Source: Anaerolineae bacterium
Lineage (GTDB): Bacteria > Chloroflexota > Anaerolineae > Aggregatilineales > UBA3940
Reading direction: 5' to 3'
DNA length: 64,000 nucleotides
NCBI GenBank assembly: GCA_016926255.1
Contig: JAFGOY010000011.1
Coordinates: 70,399 to 134,398, forward strand
The notes beneath the pieces are model-generated. The model worked only from the letters and a program-made list of their open reading frames with translations. It was not told where the DNA came from and searched no databases. This document shows, piece after piece, positions 32,972 through 43,251 of this stretch (positions within the stretch are counted from its first letter, which is position 1; every line of letters begins with the position of its first letter). The translations under genes and the position numbers were made by a program.

Positions 32972-34195
32972 GTGACACTTGAATTTCACAAACTGACTCC
33001 ACAGATCGAGCGTATGGGGGAATACTTCATCGGGCAGGAGGAAGACACGCGAGATAAACTTGCCCTGGCGCTGGAACTGCTGGCCCAGTATACCGATGGT
33101 TCGCTTCTGCCGATGATCCACGAGCGCGTACAGGACGCGGTTAATAAAGACGCAGGATATCGCGGCGCAAAACCCCTCGACGAGCCGATTGCCGACGCAT
33201 ACAATCCGGCCCTGCTCCCCGAATCGGCGACCATCGTGGCGACTGACGGTTCCCAGGTTCCGCCCGACCGGCATGGTGCGGCAGAATATTACGTGATCAA
33301 CACTGGGACGATTGTTGTCTGTCATGGAACTGGCGAGCCGCCGATCATTTCCAGCGATCCGCACCTGTTCTACGAAAATGAATATATGCGCATAGAAGGC
33401 TGGGGAGCTACCAATGCATCGACCGTCGCGGCGCGGCGAACGGTCGCCGAGATGGCGGCACTGGCAGAAGGAACCTGGGGGCAGCGCAGCGAACCACGCC
33501 CGCTGATCGCGCTGCTCGACAACCCACTGCTGTTGATCGGTATGGGGGTCGAAGTGCCCGACCGCGATCAACTAAAGGCGCTTTACTTCGATGCGATGAC
33601 CCGGCTGCTCGATGTCGGTGCCGGGCTTGCCGGATACACCGACCGACCGCGCAGCCGGTACGTGGTCGGTTTGCTGCACCTGATGGACCTTCACAACCGG
33701 TCGGTCGATATCACACGGAAGGTGCTGTCCAATGATGGCCGGTTGGAGGGATTGTTCGATACGGCAATTTACAGCACAATCCTTCCGCCGGGGACTCGTT
33801 CGGCGTTGTTCGTGCAGATGTCACCACTTAACAAGGAATTCAAGTACAGCGGCGGCGATACGCACGAGATCGCCTTCTTTTACATGAATGTTGCAGCCGA
33901 AGGACGTCCGCCAAAACTGGCGCGAGTCGAGGTGCCAATGTGGGTTGCAGAGAATCGCGGGTTGATCGCCGAGATGCAGGTATTGATCTACCATCAATGC
34001 GGGCAGGTCGTCTCGCGCTACCCGTATGTACTGACCCGTGCGCATGAACTGGCGATCATCAAGCACGACGAAGCTATCCAACTCGACACAATGGTGCGGG
34101 TGACCCTGACACGCTGCGGCCTGGAAGCCACCGAAAGCGAGAAGCAGTCGGGGAAGAACGCTGTATCGGGGAAAAAGACCCGGTTTGAACTCTAA
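32972..34195 (+). CDS. nurA: NurA-domain nuclease (DNA double-strand break repair)
   Basis: ATDGSQ, LLDNPL and YPYVLTRAHELA motifs; context upstream of the HAS-barrel gene and herA. Confidence 0.85.
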   Translation: MTLEFHKLTPQIERMGEYFIGQEEDTRDKLALALELLAQYTDGSLLPMIHERVQDAVNKDAGYRGAKPLDEPIADAYNPALLPESATIVATDGSQVPPDRHGAAEYYVINTGTIVVCHGTGEPPIISSDPHLFYENEYMRIEGWGATNASTVAARRTVAEMAALAEGTWGQRSEPRPLIALLDNPLLLIGMGVEVPDRDQLKALYFDAMTRLLDVGAGLAGYTDRPRSRYVVGLLHLMDLHNRSVDITRKVLSNDGRLEGLFDTAIYSTILPPGTRSALFVQMSPLNKEFKYSGGDTHEIAFFYMNVAAEGRPPKLARVEVPMWVAENRGLIAEMQVLIYHQCGQVVSRYPYVLTRAHELAIIKHDEAIQLDTMVRVTLTRCGLEATESEKQSGKNAVSGKKTRFEL

Positions 34196-34214
34196 GGTGT
34201 GAAAGGGAACACAT

Positions 34215-34823
34215 ATGGCTGACGAATGGGACAATCCGATCGGATATGTGCTGCGGGCCAGCACCGCCGGGTTTTCCGCCGGGGCGCGGGTTTTGGATAT
34301 CGATAAACCGGCTTTTGGCATGATCGTGCAGACTCGACCCTCCCCGGCCAACCGTGAGGTTGTTTACGGGTTGATGTACGACATTCACATCGACGACGAC
34401 CCGCTGATCAGGCAGCTTGTGCTGGCCGACGCGGTCAGCGCGGAGACGATCAGCGACCAGCGGCATCATCGCATTGTGCCGCTGGAAATGAGTGTTCTGG
34501 CGATTGGGTTCCGCGATTATGACGACGCGGTGCGCCACGCCCTGCCGCCGCGTCCGCCACTGAGCCTCGATCCGGTTTACGTCTGCACGCCTGACGAAAT
34601 TCGCGAGGTGACAGCCCGTTTCGATTTCTTCCGTATGGTGCTGGGTGCGTCACAGGTGCCGGGTGAACAGCTATTAGCGGCCACGCTGTTGATTGCCGCG
34701 CAAACACTGCCTGAAAACGATCAATACAACTTTCTGGTCGAGGCAGGGCGTGAAGCCGCCCGCCTGTTAAGTGGCGACGCGGCCCGGCTCGATTATCTCT
34801 TGAAACTGATCTACCCGGCCTAG
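34215..34823 (+). CDS. HAS-barrel domain protein
   Basis: IGYVLRASTAGF...PAFGMIV...VYGL pattern and PPRPP motif; lies between nurA and herA. Confidence 0.7.
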   Translation: MADEWDNPIGYVLRASTAGFSAGARVLDIDKPAFGMIVQTRPSPANREVVYGLMYDIHIDDDPLIRQLVLADAVSAETISDQRHHRIVPLEMSVLAIGFRDYDDAVRHALPPRPPLSLDPVYVCTPDEIREVTARFDFFRMVLGASQVPGEQLLAATLLIAAQTLPENDQYNFLVEAGREAARLLSGDAARLDYLLKLIYPA

Positions 34824-34834
34824 AGGAAGATGAT

Positions 34835-36493
34835 ATGGCGAAAAAAGCTGCAAATGAACTGGATCAATTTTTCGGGGTGCGCTCGCCGCGATTGGGTGTG
34901 GTCACCGGCGGATCGCTCAACCGGGGGCTGGATGTCCGGCTCGACCCGGATGTCGATGTCGAAATGCTGGCGGTTGGCCGTTACGTGGTCGTCCATGCCC
35001 AACACAAGCGCTTTTTCTGCATGATCACCGATATCAGCCTGGACAATACCAACGTTCAGATCACGATGACCCCGCCCGATGTGCAGTCGAACCCGTACCT
35101 GGCCGATGTCTACCGGGGAACAACCACCTTTGCCACGATTCACATCGCCCCGATGCTGATCATCGGTGAAAACAACACGGTCGAGCCGGTGCGCACCATT
35201 CCCCCACACTTCCAGGAAGTGTGGACAGCCACCGAGCGCGACATCAACGACGTGTTCGGCGACGAGGACGAGAATCACTTCAACATCGGGTCGCCGCTGG
35301 AACTGCTCGATACGCAGGTGAACGTCAACCTGAAACGGCTGACCGAGCGCTCGGTGGGGGTTTTCGGCAAGAGCGGCACCGGCAAGAGCTATCTGACCCG
35401 CGTGCTGCTTTCGGGGATTATCGCCCGGAACGCGGCGGTCAACCTCGTCTTCGATATGCACAACGACTACGGCTGGACGGTTTTTAATGAGGAGGGACTG
35501 CAGGACAAGGGTCTCAAGCAGTTATTTATGTCAAAAGTGGCGATTTTCACGCTGGATGAAGAATCTTCGCGGCGAAGACAGGCAAAAACCGATTTCGTCG
35601 TCCAACTGGCATACAGCGATATCGAGCCGCAGGACCTGGCGGCGCTCAGGCAAACAATGGACCTCTCCGATACGATGCTCGACGCGGCTTACCGGCTGCG
35701 GCAGATGTGGGGACGCGGCTGGATTCAACAGCTTCTGACCGCCGAGCCGGACTTGATCGAAGACCTGATTAACACTACGACGATCAACGGCGCGGCCCTG
35801 AGCGCGCTGATCCGCCGCCTGGAACGCTTCAAGCGGTTCGATTTCATCGTGCCGGAAAAAGTCGACGATTCAGTGCAGGCGATTCTCAATATGCTGGAAC
35901 AGGGAATGCATGTCATCCTGGAATTCGGGCGCTATGGTAACAACCTGACTGCCTACATCCTGGTCGCCAACTACCTGACACGCCGAATCCGGGAGCGGTA
36001 CGTGGAGCGAATCGAGGCATCGCTGGGCGACGAGAGCAAGCAGCCGCCGCAGCTATTGATCACCATCGAGGAGGCGCACAAGTTCCTCGATCCACAGATC
36101 GCCCGGCAGACGATCTTCGGGACGATTGCCCGCGAACTGCGCAAGTACAAAGTGACGCTGCTGGTCGTCGATCAGCGGCCCAGCGCCATCGACGAGGAAG
36201 TGATGTCGCAGATCGGGACGCGGGTCACGGCGCTGCTCGACAACGAGCGTGACATCAGCGCGGTGCTGATGGGCGTCAGCGGGGCGCAGGGACTGCGCGA
36301 GGTGCTGGCCCGGCTCGATACGCGCCAGCAGGCGATTGTGCTCGGCCACGCCGTGCCGATGCCGGTGGTGATCAAGACCCGGTCGTATGATGCGGCGTTC
36401 TATGCGGCGATGACCGGGATTATCAAGGGAAAGGGCGTCAAAAAGGGCGGAAAAGCCCTGTATGGCGACGAGGATTTCGAGGGGTTTGACTGA
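34835..36493 (+). CDS. herA: HerA-like ATPase/helicase (HAS barrel + DUF87)
   Basis: Walker A GKSGTGKS, FDMHNDY, Walker B IEEAH, ARELRKY and DQRPS motifs. Confidence 0.88.
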   Translation: MAKKAANELDQFFGVRSPRLGVVTGGSLNRGLDVRLDPDVDVEMLAVGRYVVVHAQHKRFFCMITDISLDNTNVQITMTPPDVQSNPYLADVYRGTTTFATIHIAPMLIIGENNTVEPVRTIPPHFQEVWTATERDINDVFGDEDENHFNIGSPLELLDTQVNVNLKRLTERSVGVFGKSGTGKSYLTRVLLSGIIARNAAVNLVFDMHNDYGWTVFNEEGLQDKGLKQLFMSKVAIFTLDEESSRRRQAKTDFVVQLAYSDIEPQDLAALRQTMDLSDTMLDAAYRLRQMWGRGWIQQLLTAEPDLIEDLINTTTINGAALSALIRRLERFKRFDFIVPEKVDDSVQAILNMLEQGMHVILEFGRYGNNLTAYILVANYLTRRIRERYVERIEASLGDESKQPPQLLITIEEAHKFLDPQIARQTIFGTIARELRKYKVTLLVVDQRPSAIDEEVMSQIGTRVTALLDNERDISAVLMGVSGAQGLREVLARLDTRQQAIVLGHAVPMPVVIKTRSYDAAFYAAMTGIIKGKGVKKGGKALYGDEDFEGFD

Positions 36494-36503
36494 GCAGGCC
36501 AAT

Positions 36504-36525
36504 CCCGGCGCTGAAGCACCGGGCT
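36504..36525. repeat. Short REP-like hairpin after herA
   Basis: CCCGGCGC-tgaa-GCACCGGG imperfect inverted repeat. Confidence 0.4.
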
Positions 36526-36590
36526 AAAAATGGATAGCTGTCCGGTGGTGACTGGGATATGAAGCTGTCCAAACTTATGGGAAGTTTTTT

Positions 36591-37742
36591 ATGAAGCTCG
36601 TATTCTGGCAGGGATTTGATCATTACTGGCAAAAGGAGTCACACCGTCTGAACCGGTTTGGATCGCATGTTTCAAGTGACGAAAGCAATTCAGGCCTGCA
36701 TCTTACCTTTACAAGCAGCATGCTGATCGGGCGCTTCCCGCATGACATTGCACATATTTACAGCCTTGTCGATCTGATCGACGTGCCTACCGGCCAACAG
36801 ATCGAGGGTGAAGCCACCTTTGAGGTCGAGGGGAAGCTGGGTAAACTGGCCGAAGTGCGTGGTGAGAAAATCGAGGTGACGCTGCCGGGAAATCTTACCG
36901 GTGCGCCTGTGCTGCGCGGATTCGACATCGAGGCGTTGAATTATCCACACGGCTTTCACACACGGGGATTCGGATTTCTGCTGGATGATATTGAACTCAC
37001 CGCCGGATCGGATCAGACGGTCGTATCGTTCGTGCCAAAGATATTCATGCACCCGGCGAAAAGCCCTGATCCCTTTACCGACCCGGATCGCTTCGTGTGG
37101 CGGGTGATGCCGTTCCCCAGGAACATCGAGCCGCATACGCCTTCTGAGTTCAAATACAGGATGACTCTGTACTATGCGGTGATAGCCGCCGATAACGACC
37201 AGGTAAAGATTACTATCCCCGCTGGAGAGCGCCAGGTCAAGCTGGAGCATTACGCCCGTCGAAGATCGCCCCGTGCGGCGGCCTACAATCTTCAGGGGGC
37301 GGGCGGCGGGGAATATCCGATGGCGGCGCTGGGGATTCGTGGCTTCAGGTGGGAACTCCGCGACTGGGAGCGCACGGTTCATAATGGCCGCTACCTGCGG
37401 AAACTCGGCTGCCTGATCGACGGGTTGAGCTATGGCCCGGACTCCGGCGAGATGAGCTACAACGCCCGGATGGATTTTAGCAACGGGCGGCGCAGGCAGG
37501 ATTCGGAGCCGCGATTCATCTGGGGGCGGGTCGTCCGCGTGTATCGGCGCTTCTCGAACATCGAAAAAGAGGCAAAGCGGCGCACCTATCGCACGAGCTA
37601 CGGCTTTCATGCCGTTCACACGCTTTACCCCGTACTGTTCCAGTTCCGGAAAGCAGTTGATCCTGTCTATCCCGTTGCGAGGTTGTATAATCGCATCGAC
37701 AAGGCCGTGACCGTGCAAAGTGAAATCATTCTACCGAAATAG
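36591..37742 (+). CDS. Hypothetical protein (383 aa) with three internal GF-containing repeats
   Basis: Long ORF filling the gap between herA and the methyltransferase gene; no recognisable family. Confidence 0.7.
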   Translation: MKLVFWQGFDHYWQKESHRLNRFGSHVSSDESNSGLHLTFTSSMLIGRFPHDIAHIYSLVDLIDVPTGQQIEGEATFEVEGKLGKLAEVRGEKIEVTLPGNLTGAPVLRGFDIEALNYPHGFHTRGFGFLLDDIELTAGSDQTVVSFVPKIFMHPAKSPDPFTDPDRFVWRVMPFPRNIEPHTPSEFKYRMTLYYAVIAADNDQVKITIPAGERQVKLEHYARRRSPRAAAYNLQGAGGGEYPMAALGIRGFRWELRDWERTVHNGRYLRKLGCLIDGLSYGPDSGEMSYNARMDFSNGRRRQDSEPRFIWGRVVRVYRRFSNIEKEAKRRTYRTSYGFHAVHTLYPVLFQFRKAVDPVYPVARLYNRIDKAVTVQSEIILPK

Positions 37743-37753
37743 AGAGAACAAAA

Positions 37754-38968
37754 ATGCCCAAAAGTGGCGTGATCATTCTGAAACAGGGGCGTGAGAAATC
37801 GGCCCTGAACTTCCACCCCTGGATATTCTCCGGAGCAATCGATACCAAACGCACTAATCAGCACGAGATCGAAAACGGTGCACTGGTCGAGGTGCGGGAC
37901 TATCAGGGTCAGTTCGTCGGGCGGGGCATATTCAACATCGATTCGGCGATCCGGGTGCGGCTGTTGAGTTGGGATCAGAACGAGGCAATTGGCCCCGCGT
38001 GGTGGCGGGTGCGGTTGGCGCAGGCGATTGCTGCACGGCAGACACTGGCCGAACGCGACGACCTGAGCACGTATCGATTGGTCAATGCCGAGAGCGACGG
38101 GCTGCCCGGCCTGATCGTCGACCGGTATGGCGATTTTCTGGTGGTACAGTTCCTCACGCTGGGCGTCGAGGTGCGGAAAGAGATGATCATCGAGGCGCTG
38201 TCCGACCTGATCAAGCCGCTGGGAATCTACGAGCGCAGTGATGTCGATGTGCGGCAGAAGGAAGGGTTAGATGAGTCGGTTGGCCTGCTGTGGGGTGACC
38301 CCCTGCCTGAACGGGTCGAGATTGTGGAATACGGTGTGCGTTACCCGGTCGATATCCTCCAGGGGCACAAGACCGGCTTTTACCTCGACCAGCGCGACAG
38401 TCGGCACTGGCTGCTGACCAGCCCGCTGGTCGGAGGGCGGGACGTGCTCAACTGCTTCGCGTTTACGGGCGGATTCGGCGTGTGTGCGGCGCTCAACGGG
38501 GCGGCTTCGGTGGTGAACGTCGACTCGTCGCAGCCCGCGCTCGATATCGCCCGCGAGACGATGTCGATCAATGGATTAGAGAGCGGCGACGCGACATATG
38601 TCAATGCGGATGTGTTTGCCCAACTACGCGAGTACCGGGAGGCAGAACGCGAATTCGACCTGATCATCCTCGATCCGCCGAAGTTCGCCCACAGCGCGAA
38701 GCAGGTCGAAAAAGCCTCGCGCGGGTACAAGGATATCAACATGCTGGCCTTTCAATTATTGAGGCCGGGTGGATTACTGGCGACGTTTTCCTGCTCCGGG
38801 CAGGTGTCGCCGGACTTATTCCAGAAGATCGTATTCGGGGCGAGCGCCGACGCCGGGGTGCAGGCGCAGATCATCAAGTGGCTGGCGCAACCGGAGGACC
38901 ACCCGGTGCTGCTGTCATTCCCGGAAGGGCGTTATTTGAAGGGGTTGATCTGCCGGGTGATGCGGTAA
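37754..38968 (+). CDS. rlmI: RlmI-like class I SAM-dependent rRNA m5C methyltransferase
   Basis: N-terminal PUA-like HPWIFSG; ESDGLPGLIVDRY, GHKTGFYLDQR, ILDPPKF, TFSCSG and FPEGRYLKG motifs. Confidence 0.85.
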   Translation: MPKSGVIILKQGREKSALNFHPWIFSGAIDTKRTNQHEIENGALVEVRDYQGQFVGRGIFNIDSAIRVRLLSWDQNEAIGPAWWRVRLAQAIAARQTLAERDDLSTYRLVNAESDGLPGLIVDRYGDFLVVQFLTLGVEVRKEMIIEALSDLIKPLGIYERSDVDVRQKEGLDESVGLLWGDPLPERVEIVEYGVRYPVDILQGHKTGFYLDQRDSRHWLLTSPLVGGRDVLNCFAFTGGFGVCAALNGAASVVNVDSSQPALDIARETMSINGLESGDATYVNADVFAQLREYREAEREFDLIILDPPKFAHSAKQVEKASRGYKDINMLAFQLLRPGGLLATFSCSGQVSPDLFQKIVFGASADAGVQAQIIKWLAQPEDHPVLLSFPEGRYLKGLICRVMR

Positions 38969-38976
38969 GGCAATCA

Positions 38977-39924
38977 TCAATTGCGGTCATCACTCACGGC
39001 AGCTATACGCGCTGGCCTCGGATTATCGCCACCCGGACGGCTCGGCCAGCCTTCCCGCTGCAAGGCCCGATCACCATCTGTTTCTTCCGTCTGATCGTGA
39101 AAGAGCACCTGATAAGTTGTATAGGGCAGGTCAATACCTGCTTCAGTTAACGCCTGAATGACAGCTTCGATGATGTGCGCCTGCATGTTAACCACGTTGC
39201 TGCGAACCGAGGATGTCCACCAGCGGGCGCGAATGTTGATGCTGCTTGACGTTAATTCCCAGACAAATGCTTCTGGCTTCGGCTCCTTCAATGTAAAATC
39301 TACTTCTTCGATTGTTTTGATAATCAACTGTTTGGCGAGTGAAATATCATCATTACACCCGATCCCGAAATCGTATTGAGAGCGGCGTATGGGGAAGGCC
39401 GTATTAACCGTCACCGACTGCGTGAACAGGTCGGAATTGGGAATGACAACCAACCGGCCATCGTACATTTTTATCAGAGTCGCGCGGGTCTGAATATCCT
39501 GTACGGTCCCTTCGTAGTCACGCACTACAATCTGATCACCGATCTTGAACGGCTGCGTAATAAACAGCAGAATCCCAGCCAGGAAATTCTGCAATATATC
39601 GCGGAAGGCAAATCCAATCGCTACGCCGCCTATGCCCAGCGTCTCAATCACTTGGGCAGCGGTAAAATTCGGGTAGATAATCGGCAGTGACACCAGCGCT
39701 CCGATCAGGATGATCACGGCACGTGTCAGGCGGCCCAGGACAAGTGAGGCGGTGGGTGGCATATTGGTCTGTTCTGAAATGCGCTGCACAAGACGTTTCA
39801 ACAGACTGGCTGCGATAAAAAATACGGCAAAGACAATAATTGCAACAATCAGGTTTGGCAGTTGTTCAATGATACTCAGAATCATCGACCTGACTTTATC
39901 AATAGCCGGTGTAAGATCAAACAT
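38977..39924 (-). CDS. mscS: Small-conductance mechanosensitive channel (MscS family)
   Basis: TM helices; GVAIGFAFRDILQNFLAG, QPFKIGD and IPNS motifs. Confidence 0.9.
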   Translation of the reverse strand: MFDLTPAIDKVRSMILSIIEQLPNLIVAIIVFAVFFIAASLLKRLVQRISEQTNMPPTASLVLGRLTRAVIILIGALVSLPIIYPNFTAAQVIETLGIGGVAIGFAFRDILQNFLAGILLFITQPFKIGDQIVVRDYEGTVQDIQTRATLIKMYDGRLVVIPNSDLFTQSVTVNTAFPIRRSQYDFGIGCNDDISLAKQLIIKTIEEVDFTLKEPKPEAFVWELTSSSINIRARWWTSSVRSNVVNMQAHIIEAVIQALTEAGIDLPYTTYQVLFHDQTEETDGDRALQREGWPSRPGGDNPRPARIAAVSDDRN

Positions 39925-40005
39925 TATTAGCTCCCTTTTTCTGCTCGATTGAGCAACTATCCCTGTCGTATAGAACTGGAGGTATAGTCCCAGAATGTTG
40001 ATGCC

Positions 40006-40983
40006 CTAATCTTCCAGGGCTTCTTCTTCGGCGGTTTTGGCGAGGCGGGCGAGCTTGGCGCTGGTCTCGCGCCAGGAGATGCGGCTCAGGCCGAGCTTCT
40101 GGCGAAGCTGGTCAGAGGGCATGTCATTCTGAAAATCACGCAGCGCGGATGTCCAGCGCAGGGTTTCAAAGGACATGCGCTCACGACTGACACCCGCCGC
40201 GTCAGCCACATCGCGGAGGACGTACTCCAGGTTGCGAGCGGTGCAGTCGAAGATGCTGCCTTTTGGCTGGCGCTGTTCGAGATACTCGTCGAGAACCTTC
40301 AACCATTCGGGGGCAACGCTGATCTTTCGCTCCTTATAGCGCATCTTGGGATTAGCGTAGCGAATCCAGATGAAAGGCGATTTTGGATCGGAGCGGTCGA
40401 TATCCCTGAGCGTCAGTTCCATGCATTCGCTCTTTTTGATCCCGGTCTGGAGCAGAAGCGTGAGCAGCAGCAGGGGGCGGGCATCGGGTTTTTCTTTGTC
40501 GGTGCGCATTGACTGCGAGACGAGCAGTGCCTGCTCAACATCTTCGGTGAAAAGAACTTTAGGCAGTGGACTGCTGACCGGCTTCTGGATGATCGCGTCG
40601 GCAGGGTCTTTGGCGATGGCACGTTCTTCATAAAGATAGCTGAAAAAGTTCTTGAGGGTCGTCACCCGGCGGGCGTAGGTTTTCGGGCTGCACGGTTTGC
40701 CGCGTTCGGTGAGCATCCAGTGCAGGAACTTGTTCAGATCGTCGGTTCCCAGCGAGCCGATGGCCCGCTTTTCCCCGGCCCAGGAACCAAGCAGGTTGAG
40801 ATCGCTCTTAAATGCCTTGATCGTATGAGGCGAAGCACCACTGAGTTTCAATGCAACCAGGTGGAACTCGACCGCTTTGGTGAACGGCGTATCCGGGTCA
40901 AGGGGGAGTTCGCCTTCCTGCTTCTCCTCCTCTGGAGCCTGAGGTTTTTCGCCGAACATGGAAAGCTGCGTGAAATCATCCAT
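40006..40983 (-). CDS. Tyrosine-recombinase-like protein with a degenerate active site
   Basis: XerD-like N-domain (SPHTIKAF..DL, SPKTYARRVTTLKNFFSYL, LPKVL). Catalytic R replaced by K (TGIKKSE), HxxR by ETLR, LGH by LGL, and no C-terminal Tyr. Probable start is ATG at 40983. Confidence 0.8.
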   Translation of the reverse strand: MDDFTQLSMFGEKPQAPEEEKQEGELPLDPDTPFTKAVEFHLVALKLSGASPHTIKAFKSDLNLLGSWAGEKRAIGSLGTDDLNKFLHWMLTERGKPCSPKTYARRVTTLKNFFSYLYEERAIAKDPADAIIQKPVSSPLPKVLFTEDVEQALLVSQSMRTDKEKPDARPLLLLTLLLQTGIKKSECMELTLRDIDRSDPKSPFIWIRYANPKMRYKERKISVAPEWLKVLDEYLEQRQPKGSIFDCTARNLEYVLRDVADAAGVSRERMSFETLRWTSALRDFQNDMPSDQLRQKLGLSRISWRETSAKLARLAKTAEEEALED

Positions 40984-41148
40984 CACGGTGCCCTTTCCCT
41001 TCAAAGTGCATCGAACGCGGTAGAAGAACGCTGGATTTTCGCCGCAAAGGAGATTGATTCCGTTGTGCGCCTGGACAGAAATCGACCGGCTTTACGCCAT
41101 TCCGATCTCTATCACTGAGCAGTTTCGTTCAGGGACACTGCCTGCTTT

Positions 41149-42270
41149 CTAGTCTAGCCAGAAAACCTCAGACAGCAAGGTGCTGATCTTATTCGTGTCG
41201 GGGATCAGGACGGAAGCACCTGCCGATGTCGTATACGGGGAGACGTAATCGGAGTTGATCACACCGGAGCGGATATCGTCGCGGGAGATGTCTTCGGCGA
41301 GAAGGGCGAGGCTGACTATTTCTTCAAGGGTCATATTGGTGGTGATGCTGTCACTCATCGTCTGATAAAGCACCGGGGATTTTTCGACGAGGGTTGGCAA
41401 CATCGAAAAGCTGATGACCCGGTCACGGATAGCAAAGAGGATATCCTGCTGACGCTGGGCGCGGTTGAAGTCGCTGTCGGTATAGCGGGTCCGGGCGTAT
41501 TTCAACGCCGTTTCGCCATCCAGGTGCTGCTGCCCGGCGGCGATATAAAACGGATCGTATCCATAGTACATATCGGGATAATTCGAGTCGTAAATCTCTC
41601 TCGGTACGTAGATATCGATCCCGCCAATCTCGTCGACAAGGGTGACGAAAGCATCAAATTCAACCAGGACGTAGTAGTTGACGTGCACACCCAGGTTGTA
41701 CTGGATCGTCTCGATGGTCAGGTTGCCGCCGCCCAGAGGATAGGCCGTATTGATACGGTTGAGGCCGTAGCCCGGAATATCGACATAAAGATCGCGGGGG
41801 ATGGAAATCACGCCGCCGACTTTTTCTTTGGGATCGACCATCAGCAGCATCATCGAGTCGGTGCGAGGGCGTGCCCCGCCGCGCTCGGACGGACGGGTAT
41901 CGGCACCGAGCAGGAGGATCGTCACACGCTCTTCACCCTCCCAGACATGCGCATTGCCGACATCGAGCGTCGGGGCCAGGAATTCGGGGTTGGGTGTGGC
42001 ATTCGGGATGGCGGTCGGGATACCCTCCATTGCGGCGAAGGGGGTAGACCCCACGAGATAACGCAGGAAAAACGCGACAAGCAGACTCAGTGCAATCGTC
42101 CCGGCGAACAGTCCCACCATACCAAAAACCGTGCCGATTGGCCCCAGCTTCGGGATGCGTGTGTGGGCGACTAGCCTGTTCAGGCTCTTAAATGGCCCCT
42201 GTTTAGGCAGCGCAAAGACGGGCCTTCTGGTAGATTTCGTTTCCGGGTGTGCTGGAGTCTGCTGTTCCAT
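41149..42270 (-). CDS. LCP (LytR-CpsA-Psr) family cell-envelope ligase
   Basis: TM helix; ILLLGAD, RTDSMML, SIPRDLYV, ALKYARTR and DFNRAQRQQ motifs. Confidence 0.92.
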   Translation of the reverse strand: MEQQTPAHPETKSTRRPVFALPKQGPFKSLNRLVAHTRIPKLGPIGTVFGMVGLFAGTIALSLLVAFFLRYLVGSTPFAAMEGIPTAIPNATPNPEFLAPTLDVGNAHVWEGEERVTILLLGADTRPSERGGARPRTDSMMLLMVDPKEKVGGVISIPRDLYVDIPGYGLNRINTAYPLGGGNLTIETIQYNLGVHVNYYVLVEFDAFVTLVDEIGGIDIYVPREIYDSNYPDMYYGYDPFYIAAGQQHLDGETALKYARTRYTDSDFNRAQRQQDILFAIRDRVISFSMLPTLVEKSPVLYQTMSDSITTNMTLEEIVSLALLAEDISRDDIRSGVINSDYVSPYTTSAGASVLIPDTNKISTLLSEVFWLD

Positions 42271-42386
42271 ATTCGCTCTTCAATAAGTCTTCACGGCTGA
42301 TTGTACCCATTTGTCAGGTTTTGATACAATCCGCTCGCAGGTTTCAGCCACAGTTTGGATATAAATACCAAATCCGAGGGACAATC

Positions 42387-43247
42387 GTGACAAAAACCGC
42401 CCACAATTTTGACTCACCGCAGGATTATCCGCGAGCCGACTGGCGGGTGATCATCCACCGGGAAGCCGACGGCCCGCTTAATATGGCCGTCGACGAAGCC
42501 ATCGCCGAAGCGGTTGGGGAGGGTTCGGCTCCGCCGACGCTGCGATTTTATGCCTGGAACCCGGCCTGCCTGTCGCTGGGATACAGCCAGCCTGCCGCCG
42601 ATGTCGATTTTGGGCGGCTGGCGGAGCATGGCTGGGATATCGTTCGGCGGCTGACTGGTGGGCGGGGCATTCTCCACGTTGACGAGCTGACCTATTCGGT
42701 TGCCGCGCCGGAAGATGACCCCCGGGTCGCGGAGGGCGTGGTAGAAAGCTATCGACGCCTGAGCCAGGGCCTCCTTGCCGGATTGGACCGGCTCGGTGCG
42801 CCGGTCAACTCGGAGCGGGCCGATGGAGAAGCGCGAAAGTTCAAAGGGGCAGTGTGTTTCGAGATGCCCTCCGACTACGAATTGACGGTCAACGGACGTA
42901 AGTTGATCGGCAGCGCACAGACTCGGCGCCGGAACCGGGTGGTGATGCAGCACGGCGCGCTGCCCCTGTTCGGCGACCTGGGACGAATCTGCGAGGCGCT
43001 GGCCTTTGAGGGCGAAGCGGAGCGGGAAGAAGCGCGGCGGCGGGTACTGGAACGGGCGATTACACTCGAAGAAGCGCTGGGACGGTTGGTGCCATTTAGT
43101 GAAGTGGTACAGGTGTTGATCGAGGGATTCGGAGAGGCATTGAACCTGGATTTTATCGAGCAGGGGCTGACCGAAAAAGAAAAGTCGCGCGCAGAAGATC
43201 TGCGTGCGACCACGTATGCAGCGGAGGAGTGGACGTTCCGCCACTAA
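42387..43247 (+). CDS. Lipoate-protein ligase A / LipM-like octanoyltransferase
   Basis: NMAVDEA, PPTLRFY, RRLTGGRG and KLIGSAQ motifs; GTG at 42387 preceded by a GAGGG RBS. Confidence 0.88.
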   Translation: MTKTAHNFDSPQDYPRADWRVIIHREADGPLNMAVDEAIAEAVGEGSAPPTLRFYAWNPACLSLGYSQPAADVDFGRLAEHGWDIVRRLTGGRGILHVDELTYSVAAPEDDPRVAEGVVESYRRLSQGLLAGLDRLGAPVNSERADGEARKFKGAVCFEMPSDYELTVNGRKLIGSAQTRRRNRVVMQHGALPLFGDLGRICEALAFEGEAEREEARRRVLERAITLEEALGRLVPFSEVVQVLIEGFGEALNLDFIEQGLTEKEKSRAEDLRATTYAAEEWTFRH

Positions 43248-43251
43248 ATAG

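Noticed and set aside
32972-36493. HerA-based anti-phage system (Sir2-HerA/DUF4297-HerA type)
   Set aside because: The partners are NurA and a HAS-barrel protein, a known repair-type arrangement with host-like composition
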